Source: an uncultured Candidatus Saccharibacteria bacterium
Lineage (GTDB): Bacteria; Patescibacteriota; WWE3; UBA101185; UBA10185
DNA length: 32,168 nucleotides
Reading direction: 5' to 3'
Assembly: GCA_964530415.1 (NCBI GenBank)
Contig: CAZHAM010000002.1
Coordinates: 1,649 to 33,816 of the forward strand
Position numbers and translations under genes: made by a program. Numbering within the stretch: position 1 is the first letter of the stretch; each line of letters opens with the position of its first letter. Of the stretch, positions 16,000 to 25,657 are shown one piece after another. A model generated the notes under the pieces. It was not told the DNA's origin. It ran no database searches and saw nothing but the letters and a program-made list of their open reading frames with translations.

Positions 16000-16398
16000 T
16001 TACTGCTGTTTTGCTACTTGGTCTTTTGCCATCTTTCCCAAATAAGGGAGCATGTACTCTTCTTTGTTGTAAGCTTTCCACATTAGTAAGAACCATAATA
16101 CTATTGAGGCTACATATACTAATGGTGCGAGAACAAAGCCAATTAGCACAACAAATAGCATGTTAGCAATTGACGTAGCAATAAATGTTGCTATTCCAAA
16201 CAAAATTGATTGAAACGCATGAAATCTTACAAATTTATCCTCTTTTTCTATTAAGTAAAAAATAATACCGGTAATTGGGGGAATTAAATAAGATAAAGCT
16301 GCTGCTACGTTTGGTTCCAATCCTTCGAGAGGATTTGAGTTACTCTGCGAACTATCTGACTGAGGCATATTGTTATTAGTTTGTGTATTTTCTTCCAT
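16000..16398 (-). CDS. DUF4870-like small membrane protein
   Basis: AALSYLIPPITGIIFYLIEKEDKFVRFHAFQSILFG matches my recollection of the DUF4870 signature. It has three TM helices. Confidence 0.6.
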   Translation of the reverse strand: MEENTQTNNNMPQSDSSQSNSNPLEGLEPNVAAALSYLIPPITGIIFYLIEKEDKFVRFHAFQSILFGIATFIATSIANMLFVVLIGFVLAPLVYVASIVLWFLLMWKAYNKEEYMLPYLGKMAKDQVAKQQ

Positions 16399-16432
16399 AA
16401 TCAGTTGATTTTGACATAAATTTATTGCAGAA

Positions 16433-18226
16433 TCAACCTTTTTTAACTTTTTGAGCTTTAAACATGCCCGATAACTCTTTAATTGTTGTCGCTTCTTCAG
16501 CTCTTTTGTCTTCTCTAAAATTTATTAATCTCGGAAACCTTAGAGCGTAGCCTGTCGAGTGTGTAGGCGAGACCGAAATTTCGTCAGCGCCGATTTCTAC
16601 AACTATTTTTGGGGCCAATATTACGTCTGGTTTAAATATTTTATGAATCTCAACATTTGCGGGTATTTTGGTCACAACATACTTATCCGCCATAGATTTA
16701 AGTTTGACCCAATCCTCGTCTTTTAAACCGGTTCCGACCTTTGTGACGGTTTTAAATGTTTCGTTCTTTTCATCGTAAATTCCAACTAAGAATCCTCCGA
16801 TGCCAAACTTCGATCTCACGCCCTTGCCGTAGTAATACCCAAGCACTACGCAGTCCATACTGTCTTGTATGAGAGTTTGGTCGGCTCTTTTAAGTTTCAC
16901 CCACGAATGAGTTCTTGCCCCTGCCTGATAAGAGTCGCCGGGCTTTTTAACAATAAGTCCTTCAAGGTTTTTGGCTACAGCCACGTCATAGTATTCTTTG
17001 AGTTTTTCAAATTCGTCTGTTTCAAGATAATCGTCAACAACGATAGTTTCACCTTTGCCGACTATTTTGGTTAAAATTGCTTTTCTTTCCCTTAAGGTTT
17101 TGTCTATCATGCTTTTACCGTTTAAGTACAAGATATCAAAAACAAAGTATTTTAAAGGAATCGTTTTTGCGAGTTCCTCGACATTGTGTTTGCGTTTTCT
17201 TTGAATAGTTTCCTGAAAGGGTAAAAAAGCCCCTGTTTCTTTGTTATAGCCGATTGCCTCGCCGTCCAAGATCACCGAATCCGCCTTTATCTGTTTTTTA
17301 GCTGCTTCGACTAAATCGGGGTATTGATGGGTAGTTTCCTCAAGATTTCTGGTGAACGTTTTTAAGAGTATCTTGCTTTTGTCGCCGCCAAAAAGGCTTG
17401 TCTGCTCACTTTCTTTGTTCTTTACCTGCTTATTCTTATCCATATGAAGTTGTACGCGTGTTCCGTCAAATTTAAACTCTGCCCACACCACGCCCATTTT
17501 TCCGATAACCTCATCCATACCGCCTTCGAGCCTTTGGGCCTTTTGCGAGAGTACGGGAACCCCCGTTTCGATAGTTATGTCCTTTAGTCCTTTAATTCCT
17601 TTTGTTTTAATTAATTTCGCAATCAATCCGATATCAGGATGGATGCTATATACCCCCTCAATTTCTTCACGGAGGGACTTATCCTTTTTAAGTAGGTTAG
17701 AGAGGGCGTCCAAAACCGTTAGTTCTGTAAAACCAAGTCTTGTTGTTCCCAGAATTATTCTGATGGCAAATTTAGCCGATAATTTGTCGAGTTCTTTTAA
17801 AAGTTTTGCTGTTTTGGCGACTTTAAGTTCCTGAGAACCGGAGCCTTCTGATTGGGCAATTTCTACAAAGCGTGCGTGTATCTCAGAAATTGTTATATTA
17901 GAAGCTTTGTGGACGGGAGTTAACTCATACGCGACACTGCCTAGATCGCCGTTTTCGCTGTACAACTTTTGTATTTTTTCCAGGATATCGCTGTTTTCTT
18001 TTGTTGCATAAGCACTTGCAAATATTCTAATCACCATTTTTTCGGCGATGTTAAACTTTTCGCTTTCAAATGGCGCTCTTAGGTATCCCGAGGAGAGGTA
18101 CAGTGCTATGTCGGTTTCCTCTGGTTCGAGCTCGGCGATTAATTCGGCTAAAATAGAGGTAATCTCGAGTCTTTTTGGCGTGTCTTCCAACCTTTGTAAA
18201 AACTCGCATAATCTTGAAAATTTCAT
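16433..18226 (-). CDS. ATP-dependent DNA ligase, three-domain archaeal/eukaryotic Lig1-like type
   Basis: 597 aa with an N-terminal DNA-binding domain, adenylation motif I AEFKFDGTRVQLH (KxDG), motif EGLIVKK, motif V/VI region WVKLK, and a C-terminal OB domain. Confidence 0.9.
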   Translation of the reverse strand: MKFSRLCEFLQRLEDTPKRLEITSILAELIAELEPEETDIALYLSSGYLRAPFESEKFNIAEKMVIRIFASAYATKENSDILEKIQKLYSENGDLGSVAYELTPVHKASNITISEIHARFVEIAQSEGSGSQELKVAKTAKLLKELDKLSAKFAIRIILGTTRLGFTELTVLDALSNLLKKDKSLREEIEGVYSIHPDIGLIAKLIKTKGIKGLKDITIETGVPVLSQKAQRLEGGMDEVIGKMGVVWAEFKFDGTRVQLHMDKNKQVKNKESEQTSLFGGDKSKILLKTFTRNLEETTHQYPDLVEAAKKQIKADSVILDGEAIGYNKETGAFLPFQETIQRKRKHNVEELAKTIPLKYFVFDILYLNGKSMIDKTLRERKAILTKIVGKGETIVVDDYLETDEFEKLKEYYDVAVAKNLEGLIVKKPGDSYQAGARTHSWVKLKRADQTLIQDSMDCVVLGYYYGKGVRSKFGIGGFLVGIYDEKNETFKTVTKVGTGLKDEDWVKLKSMADKYVVTKIPANVEIHKIFKPDVILAPKIVVEIGADEISVSPTHSTGYALRFPRLINFREDKRAEEATTIKELSGMFKAQKVKKG

Positions 18227-18249
18227 AAAGCTATTATACAGCTCCAGGT

Positions 18250-19242
18250 TTATTTAAGCTCGTATCGGGAGGATTTGGTGCTACCGCGTTTAACTACAAT
18301 TCCCATATCTATTAACACCTTTAGATCCCTTAGAACAGTGTCTTCTGAGATTGAGGGGAATACTCTTTCGAAATCCTTGTTTTGAAGCATAACGTAGTCC
18401 TGGAGATATTCGACAATTTTCTCCTGTCTCTGTGAAAGCTTTGCTCTTCCGGATGCTTTGGCGATTTTCGTATCTTTTTCGATAAGCTTTACCTTTTCTT
18501 TTATTGAAAGCGTTTCGTAAGCTACGGCTTCGGTGAAAAACTCCATCCATCTAGTGAAATCGGGGTATTTTCCAGTTAATGAACTAATATTATGTTCGTA
18601 TTCGTTTTGGAGCCTCAGATAGTAGCTTGGAAGTGAAATAAACCCCCTGAAGTCATAATTTGAAATCTCAAGGTAAGTGGCGCACGCAATTTCGGCTACG
18701 GCGTCGTTGTAGTGTTCAAAAGGCTCTATTAGTTCAAATACCCCTTTTAAAATGGCAGCAATGATTAAAGGGTGGTTCTCCTTCGCGTCTAAGGAGTTGA
18801 TCCAGTCAAAAGCTTCGGTAATATAAGCTAAAACCTCGTCTGCGTCGATCTTGTTTAATATATTTTTGTTACGATAAACACCTCTTTTGCCTTTAGGTAT
18901 AAGGTTATCCGTAATGTTCTGGTGTATAAATTTGATTGAAAGTTCTTCGAGCTCCTTGTTTTTTGATATCTCTTTTGTTGAGTTGTAAGCCTCTTTTAGG
19001 TTCACTACTTCTTGTGGAACGTTTGCAGAAAGGCCGTCAACATACCTTTTTACCGTTTCATAATTTGTACTCAAACCTGTCAATTGAACGTTAGCGTAGA
19101 TGTTTTTAGACAAAACCTCTTTTTTAAATTGAGCTTCCCAGGCCGGCAGTATTGTTGTGGTTTCAATAATGGCCTTGCAATACTCAGCAGAGCCGATATT
19201 TTTTAATATTTTTGGTGTTATTGTAAATTCAGGGATAAACAT
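18250..19242 (-). CDS. Fic-fold protein with a degenerate active-site motif and a C-terminal winged-helix domain
   Basis: Fic-family architecture and length. EPFEHYNDAVAEIA sits where HPFxxGNGRxxR is expected. The C-terminus QEKIVEYLQDY...VLRDLKVLIDMGIVVKRGSTKSSRYEL looks like a wHTH. Confidence 0.65.
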   Translation of the reverse strand: MFIPEFTITPKILKNIGSAEYCKAIIETTTILPAWEAQFKKEVLSKNIYANVQLTGLSTNYETVKRYVDGLSANVPQEVVNLKEAYNSTKEISKNKELEELSIKFIHQNITDNLIPKGKRGVYRNKNILNKIDADEVLAYITEAFDWINSLDAKENHPLIIAAILKGVFELIEPFEHYNDAVAEIACATYLEISNYDFRGFISLPSYYLRLQNEYEHNISSLTGKYPDFTRWMEFFTEAVAYETLSIKEKVKLIEKDTKIAKASGRAKLSQRQEKIVEYLQDYVMLQNKDFERVFPSISEDTVLRDLKVLIDMGIVVKRGSTKSSRYELK

Positions 19243-19358
19243 ATATTTAACTCTTTAATAATAATTCTCGCATATTTACCGCAAGAGACAAACACCTGTT
19301 TTAACAAGAAGAAAGCCCGGATTTGTTCATGAAAACGATCTAAATTATCTACGTGGTA

Positions 19359-20402
19359 CTACAAATTAACTAATTTACAGCTTTTGCCCAGGTTAAGCTT
19401 TTCGGCACTTGTAATTATTGTTTGTTGAAAATCGATTAGCCGAATAACTTCTTTTCTGTGTTCGTCATCCAGTTCGGAGAATATGTCGTCTAAAAGCAAA
19501 ACCGGCTTTTCACCGACTTTTTTCTCGATAAAGTTTATCTCAGCGATTTTTAGTGATAGTATCGCGCTTCTTTGTTGACCTCTGGAACCAAACTCAGAGA
19601 TGTCGTAACCGTCCATTAAAATCTCGAAATCGTCTCGGTGGGGGCCTACAAGTGTTGTTTTTGCCATAATTTCTTTATCTCTGTGGCTCTCAATTCTTTC
19701 GGGGCTTATTTTATTTATTTTGTAGACTATTTCTAGGTCCTTTTTAATTGAACTGCCGTTGTTTGCAAGGTCGTCTTGGTAGAAATTGAGTAGTTCAGTT
19801 CGCTTTTGTTGTATGAACTCGCCTGATTCGATTATTTTTTCTTCCCAAAAGCCTAATTGTCCGCGGCCCCGTCCTTCTTCGTTAATCATCTCTAACAATT
19901 TGTTGCGTTGTCTCAAAGACTTTGTAAATGTTGTCAGCGCGCGTTTATACTCGTAGTCAATTTGAGAAAGAACTAAATCCATGTGTTTTCTACGTTCTGA
20001 GGGCGAGCCCGTGATAATTTCAATGTCTTCTGGCGCAAAAATTACGGTGTTAAACACTTTATTAAACAATTTCTGGCTTTTAGCTACTTTATTTACCTTT
20101 TCCTTTTTTGTAGAAGCATTTTCATACACCTCGCTTTTAATTATTTGCACTTCTAATAGATATTCTTGGTCGTCTGACAGCACATTTCCTACTACTGAAC
20201 AAAAGTTTTTATCATGTTCAATCATATCCCTGTCATAGCGGGCTTTATTAGATTTTGAGGCCGAAAGCAGATAAATTGATTCAAGTATGTTTGTTTTACC
20301 CGACCCGTTTGCTCCCTGAATTAAAGTAAGCTTGTTATCAAACTCGAGCTCCAGAGTTTTATGGTTCCTAAAATGTTTTAATTTTATTTTGTTAAGCTCC
20401 AT
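19359..20402 (-). CDS. recF: DNA replication and repair protein RecF
   Basis: Walker A GANGSGKTNILESI, signature-like SRGQQRS, and Walker B PVLLLDDIFSELD. Length is 347 aa. Confidence 0.85.
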   Translation of the reverse strand: MELNKIKLKHFRNHKTLELEFDNKLTLIQGANGSGKTNILESIYLLSASKSNKARYDRDMIEHDKNFCSVVGNVLSDDQEYLLEVQIIKSEVYENASTKKEKVNKVAKSQKLFNKVFNTVIFAPEDIEIITGSPSERRKHMDLVLSQIDYEYKRALTTFTKSLRQRNKLLEMINEEGRGRGQLGFWEEKIIESGEFIQQKRTELLNFYQDDLANNGSSIKKDLEIVYKINKISPERIESHRDKEIMAKTTLVGPHRDDFEILMDGYDISEFGSRGQQRSAILSLKIAEINFIEKKVGEKPVLLLDDIFSELDDEHRKEVIRLIDFQQTIITSAEKLNLGKSCKLVNL

Positions 20403-20411
20403 TTTTCTCCA

Positions 20412-21260
20412 TTATTCGAACAATCCTTTAGAAGTGTCTTTTTGGCAATCCGGGCAAAAGTAGGTACCTCTACCCGCGACTTTTATATACTCAACTTTGG
20501 ATCCGCATTTGGGACAAAAGTTTCTTAAATAAATTTTAAAATGTTCTTGATGACTTCCTTCGTTTCCAAAAATATCTACGTACATTCTATCCGGTAGGGT
20601 AGATCCTCTATCCACAATACTTTCATTTACAATTTCTCTTGCGCTTTCAAGAATATTTTCGGCGTCTTGAAGTGTCAATAAACTCGTCGGTGTTTCTGGG
20701 TGGATTTTTGATAAAAACAGCGTGTCGGTAGCATAAATATTTCCCAGTCCGGAGATATACTCTTGATCCAATAATATATTTTTTACCGAAGTTCTTTTTG
20801 ATTTTAATATTTCATACAATTTATCGGGTGTAAGTGCAGTGTCTAAAACATCCGGGCCGTATCGCGACTTCAATTTTTGAATTTCTTCTTGGGTGTAAAG
20901 TGCTGCTTTTCCAAACATTCTCATATCAGTAAATCTCAAATATTTTATTTCGGAGTTTTTCTTAAGTTTAAAAATTATCTTTGTCCACCTGTCGTTTGTA
21001 TGTTCCTCGTCTCGTAGCAAAATTCTTCCGGTCATAGCCAGATGAATGCCAATAAATGTATCTGAATCCAGTTTTATTATTATGTTTTTTGCAACACGCT
21101 CAATCTCATCTATATATTTTCCGATTGCTTCGCTTTTAAACACTGCATTATTTGGGTAAACGGAGTAGTTTTCGGCAATGCCGATGTTAATTATTTGATA
21201 GCCTTTTATGTTGTTGTTAAGGTCACTGGATATAGTGTGAACCTCAGGTAGTTCCGGCAT
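20412..21260 (-). CDS. mutM: Formamidopyrimidine-DNA glycosylase (Fpg/Nei family)
   Basis: N-terminal MPELPEV, an H2TH region, and a C-terminal zinc finger CPKCGSKVEYIKVAGRGTYFCPDCQ. Confidence 0.9.
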   Translation of the reverse strand: MPELPEVHTISSDLNNNIKGYQIINIGIAENYSVYPNNAVFKSEAIGKYIDEIERVAKNIIIKLDSDTFIGIHLAMTGRILLRDEEHTNDRWTKIIFKLKKNSEIKYLRFTDMRMFGKAALYTQEEIQKLKSRYGPDVLDTALTPDKLYEILKSKRTSVKNILLDQEYISGLGNIYATDTLFLSKIHPETPTSLLTLQDAENILESAREIVNESIVDRGSTLPDRMYVDIFGNEGSHQEHFKIYLRNFCPKCGSKVEYIKVAGRGTYFCPDCQKDTSKGLFE

Positions 21261-21275
21261 TTTTTATATTTAAAT

Positions 21276-22412
21276 TTATTCTTGTGTGGCAGAATTTTTT
21301 TGAACTAAGCTTTCCCATTTTTCGTCGACAAATTCTTTTATTTCGGTCTTAAACTTTTGTGTAGAGAATTTTTGAGAGTGTATGATTATAGTTTCAGGAT
21401 CAAATTCCTTGTTTCTTATTTTTGTGTCAAATTCTTTAATTCTTTCAATTAAGTTCTCAATCGAGAGTTCTTCAAAAAACTGACCTGTTACCCCATCAAT
21501 TATTGTTTCAAGATGTCCGCCCGACTTGTGCGCAAGAACAGGTTTGCCGTGAGACATAGCTTCGACGGGTACAATTCCTAAATCCTCATCTTTAACCGGA
21601 TTTATAACTCCCAAACAGTTTGCTAACAAATTATGTTTAGTTAAATCGTCAACCTGCCCAACAAACTTAACATTTTTGTTTGCGATTCTTTTTAGTTTTT
21701 TTTCTTCGTTGCCTGTGCCGATTACAACAAGATCCAGCTCCATCATATTAAATGCTTCAACTACCAGGTCAAAATTTTTGTAAGCAACAAGTCTACCTAA
21801 TGCAACGTAGTAAGGTTTTTCAAAATTATTTTTTACTGTTGGTGTTTCGTGAATTACGTCCATCGGAGGATATATAACTGTAGAGGCTCTTTTGTAAAAT
21901 TTTTTAATTCTTTTTTGTGTCTCGATTGAATTTGCGAGTAGATAATCGGGACGTTGTGCGGCACCGAAGTCCCATGTTCTTAAAAGAGCGTCAATGACCA
22001 TAACGAAAGGTTTAAAGTACCAGGCGTTTCTTTTTGCGCTTTCAAACGAGTAGCCGTATAAAAACCTTGGAGGAGTGTGGATGTAGCTTATATGTAATTG
22101 GTCGGGATTGGTTAAAACCCCTTTTGCATATGACGCGCTGTCCGAAATAATAATGTCGTACTCGTTTAGATCGAACGATTCGAATATTATCGGTATTAAA
22201 AAGGTTAAATATTTGCTAAAACTCGAGAGTAAAAAATTTGATCTATGCATGATTTTTTTGCTGTTTATCAACTCGCTCATGTTTTTCGGTTTATATATTG
22301 ACGTAACAATGGGCGCTTCGGGATACAGCTGTATCAAGGCTTCCAGTGTTTTTTCGCCGCCGCCGTATTGAATTAAGTAGTCGTGGACCAATGCCACTTT
22401 TGGTTTATACAT
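21276..22412 (-). CDS. Glycosyltransferase family 4 (GT-B fold)
   Basis: KVALVHDYL near the N-terminus and EDLGIVPVEAMSHGKPVLA (EX7E region). The tracked ORF starts at a GTG (22451). I prefer the ATG at 22412 (MYKPKVALVHDY). Confidence 0.85.
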   Translation of the reverse strand: MYKPKVALVHDYLIQYGGGEKTLEALIQLYPEAPIVTSIYKPKNMSELINSKKIMHRSNFLLSSFSKYLTFLIPIIFESFDLNEYDIIISDSASYAKGVLTNPDQLHISYIHTPPRFLYGYSFESAKRNAWYFKPFVMVIDALLRTWDFGAAQRPDYLLANSIETQKRIKKFYKRASTVIYPPMDVIHETPTVKNNFEKPYYVALGRLVAYKNFDLVVEAFNMMELDLVVIGTGNEEKKLKRIANKNVKFVGQVDDLTKHNLLANCLGVINPVKDEDLGIVPVEAMSHGKPVLAHKSGGHLETIIDGVTGQFFEELSIENLIERIKEFDTKIRNKEFDPETIIIHSQKFSTQKFKTEIKEFVDEKWESLVQKNSATQE

Positions 22413-22630
22413 AGGGCGATTATACGAGCTTGCTCGCTCGTTGTCACTCACTGCGCTTCCTCGTGAAACTCCGAAGAGTTTTACGACCTCATCTGCTCGT
22501 TGTCACTCGCAATGCTCAATTTATATTTTCAAAATTTATATAACCCAATTTTTGCTTTAAAGACGTTTAAAAATCTTGACAACACACTCTATAAATGAGT
22601 TCATAACTTAGTAATTATTTTAGTTTTTTT

Positions 22631-23152
22631 ATGCGCAGTAGAGGATTTAGTGTACCCATAGTCATAATTTTCGTTGCAATATTTTTGGCGGTTCCTGTCG
22701 TCTATTTACTTTTTTCAAAAAATTCATCAAACAATGTCAACGTAAAAGGCGCGTCCGCACAGATTGAAGTCTCAAAATCCGGTTTAGGAATATACGTTAG
22801 CTCACAAGGGACATGGGATTTATTTGAATACCTCTGCAAAGATTTAGACGAGTGCGCAAATGATTTGATGACCGGAAATCGTTGGGGAACTGTTAGTGGT
22901 GGCGCGGTTAAGGATTTTAGAGTGAGCGTTCCAACTGATTCGGATTGGGGTTCAAGCAAATACCTAAAAATATTTGTACGTGAAGGTTGGGGATCGATGC
23001 AAAGATCTTTTAATTTAAAATTAATAAACTCTGAAGAAGGAATTTCAGAAAAGTCTTTTACACATGGAAGATCGGAATTCAGGGTAATTTTAATTGAAAT
23101 TGAAAAAATTAAGAATAAAGCTATTGATATAGCAACATACTCAGATCTTTAA
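22631..23152 (+). CDS. Hypothetical secreted/membrane-anchored protein (173 aa)
   Basis: N-terminal signal-anchor helix (VPIVIIFVAIFLAVPVVYLLF). Its stop overlaps the ATPase start (TAATG). No family recognised. Confidence 0.55.
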   Translation: MRSRGFSVPIVIIFVAIFLAVPVVYLLFSKNSSNNVNVKGASAQIEVSKSGLGIYVSSQGTWDLFEYLCKDLDECANDLMTGNRWGTVSGGAVKDFRVSVPTDSDWGSSKYLKIFVREGWGSMQRSFNLKLINSEEGISEKSFTHGRSEFRVILIEIEKIKNKAIDIATYSDL

Positions 23153-25656
23153 TGGCTTTTAACCTGCTCCAAAAAAGAGGACTAAGTTCTCAAGAAGCCG
23201 CATCCAGGCTTTTGCAAGACGGAAAAAATATTTTACCTGAAAAGGCTCCGCCAAGCGATCTTTCAATTTTTATTTCTCAGCTAAAAAATCCTTTGGTTTA
23301 CATATTGCTAATTTCAGCAATCATAACTTTTCTTATCGGAGAGTATGCCGACACGTCCATAATTGTTTTGGCGGTATTTATCAACACTATTTTAGGATTT
23401 ATTCAGGAAAGAAAAGCAAACAGATCTTTAGACGCGCTCAAAAAAATGATCCATCCTGTAGCGAAAGTGTATAGAGACGGGCAGTTAGTGAGCATAGACA
23501 CATCCGAGATTGTTGTTGAGGATTTAGTTTTACTTCATCAGGGCGATAGAGTTCCCGCCGACGGAGTTGTGGATGATAGTACACGCTTTTTTGTTAATGA
23601 GGCAATGCTGACCGGAGAATCTGTTCCGGTTACAAAAAGTTCGGGGGCTGAAATATATATGGGTACTGTTGTAGTTGGAGGAAACGCATTAATGAAAGTG
23701 ATTCGGGTAGGAGCGGCTACTGAGATGGGAAAGATAGCAACAAGCGTTATGAATTACAGCCAGGATACGCCTCTTAGACGCCAACTCGCTAAATTTAGTA
23801 AATCCTTAACGGTTTTAGTATCCATTTTGGTAGCTGTAGTGTTTTTAATCGGTTTAGTAAAAGGAAAAGAACCTTTTGAAATTTTTACAACCTCCGTTGC
23901 TTTGGCAGTTTCGGCAATTCCCGAGGGATTACTTGTGGGACTCACGGTTGTACTTGCAATAGGTATGCAAAAGATTTTAAAGCGTAAGGGGTTAGTGAGA
24001 AATTTGGTTTCGGCAGAGACTTTGGGTGGCGTGACGACCATTTGTATGGATAAAACAGGCACATTAACTTTCGGAACCATGTCGGTAGCAGAAACCATTG
24101 GCTCGAATGATGAGATAGCTCTGCAGGCGATACTGGCCAATGATATGGACGATCCTATGGTTTTGGGAGCTTTTGAGTGGGCAAAGGGCATAAAACACAA
24201 TCCCAACGCTCTTTTAGAAGAATTTACGAGAATAGATAGTATCCCGTTTACTTCCAGAGAGATGTATTTCGCCAGTTTGAACAAGCTTAATGATCAGGAA
24301 TCAACTTTGTACCTTAACGGCGCGCCCGAAGTTCTTTTGAAAAAATGCACTATTGAAAATCAAACGCGCGAAAGAATATTAGCTGAAATCGACCGTCTTT
24401 CGGGAGAAGGCAAAAGATTACTGGGCTACATTCGCAAGAAAGTCCCAGCTGATATTAAAGAGATTAAAGACGAACATGTGGAAGGTGGTTTTGAATGGAT
24501 AGGACTTTTAGGATTTTCGGATCCGGTAAGGCCCGATGTCAAAGTATCTTTGCAGGATGCAGAACGTGCCGGAATAAAATTAATAATAATAACCGGAGAC
24601 TATGCAAAAACATCTCTTTCGGTCTTAAAACAACTGGATCTTCATATATCGGATCAAAATTTAATATTGGGTGATCAGGTTGCTCAAATGTCTGACGAGG
24701 AGTTAAAAAATAGACTCACTTCCAATACAGACATAAAACTATTTGCCCGAACCAAGCCCGATCAAAAACTTAAAATTGTCGAGGCATTAAAAAGTTCAGG
24801 AGAAGTAGTAGCTATGATGGGAGATGGAGTAAACGATGCGCCCGCGTTATCAAGATCTGATATAGGAATTGTAGTAGGTGACGCCACTGAGGTTGCAAAA
24901 GAAACATCTGATTTAGTTTTACTCGATTCAAGTTTTTCTACTATCATCGCGGCTGTCGAAGAGGGAAGAGGCATTTTTGATAATTTAAGAAAAATAATTT
25001 TATATTTATTAAGCGATGGTTTTGAAGAAATAATCTTAGTTATTGCCACACTGATATTTGGTTTACCACTACCCATTTCTGCGGCGCAAATACTTTGGGT
25101 AAATTTAATTTCCGACGGTTTTCCTCACTTAGCGCTAACGATGGACCCAAAAGTCAAAGGCATTATGAGTAGACCTCCGCGGTCGCCCAAAGAGCCTTTG
25201 GTAGCCAATTGGATGCTTTTAATTATTGGAATAGTCTCAGTGATTGGTGGTTTTTTCGCGTTTGCACTTTATTCGTTTGTGTTGAATACTTCCGGAAATG
25301 AAAACCTTGCAAGATCGGTAACCTTTGCAACAGTAGGCATAAACTCCCTCGTATATGTTTTTTCGATCCGCACATTGCGCCAATCCTTTTGGGAAGAAAA
25401 CATGTTTGAAAATAAATGGTTAGTAGTAGCCGTAATCGGGGGCATATTTTTACAAGTGTTGCCTTTTATAGTTCCGGTGTTTGGTAAATTTTTGGAGCTC
25501 GAAGATTTAGGTTTGTATTGGATTCCTGTAATAATCGGCTCACTTTTAATGTTCATATCAATAGAAGTGAGCAAAGAAATTTTTGATAGACTTGAGGCAA
25601 GTCACAAAGAGTTAGTTAAAAAGAGCAAAAATAGTAAATTTGATTTAAAATTTTAA
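23152..25656 (+). CDS. P-type ATPase, type II (Ca2+/cation-transporting, SERCA/PMCA-like)
   Basis: TGES, phosphorylation site CMDKTGTLT, hinge GDGVNDAPAL, TM4 IPEGL, and TM6 NLISDGFPHLAL. Confidence 0.9.
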   Translation: MAFNLLQKRGLSSQEAASRLLQDGKNILPEKAPPSDLSIFISQLKNPLVYILLISAIITFLIGEYADTSIIVLAVFINTILGFIQERKANRSLDALKKMIHPVAKVYRDGQLVSIDTSEIVVEDLVLLHQGDRVPADGVVDDSTRFFVNEAMLTGESVPVTKSSGAEIYMGTVVVGGNALMKVIRVGAATEMGKIATSVMNYSQDTPLRRQLAKFSKSLTVLVSILVAVVFLIGLVKGKEPFEIFTTSVALAVSAIPEGLLVGLTVVLAIGMQKILKRKGLVRNLVSAETLGGVTTICMDKTGTLTFGTMSVAETIGSNDEIALQAILANDMDDPMVLGAFEWAKGIKHNPNALLEEFTRIDSIPFTSREMYFASLNKLNDQESTLYLNGAPEVLLKKCTIENQTRERILAEIDRLSGEGKRLLGYIRKKVPADIKEIKDEHVEGGFEWIGLLGFSDPVRPDVKVSLQDAERAGIKLIIITGDYAKTSLSVLKQLDLHISDQNLILGDQVAQMSDEELKNRLTSNTDIKLFARTKPDQKLKIVEALKSSGEVVAMMGDGVNDAPALSRSDIGIVVGDATEVAKETSDLVLLDSSFSTIIAAVEEGRGIFDNLRKIILYLLSDGFEEIILVIATLIFGLPLPISAAQILWVNLISDGFPHLALTMDPKVKGIMSRPPRSPKEPLVANWMLLIIGIVSVIGGFFAFALYSFVLNTSGNENLARSVTFATVGINSLVYVFSIRTLRQSFWEENMFENKWLVVAVIGGIFLQVLPFIVPVFGKFLELEDLGLYWIPVIIGSLLMFISIEVSKEIFDRLEASHKELVKKSKNSKFDLKF

Positions 25657-25657
25657 T

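Noticed and set aside
22576-22606. TTGACA at 22576..22581 as the promoter for the 22631 operon
   Set aside because: The candidate -10 hexamers are spaced wrongly: tataaa lies 8 nt away and tcataa lies 19 nt away. This is not supportable without data.
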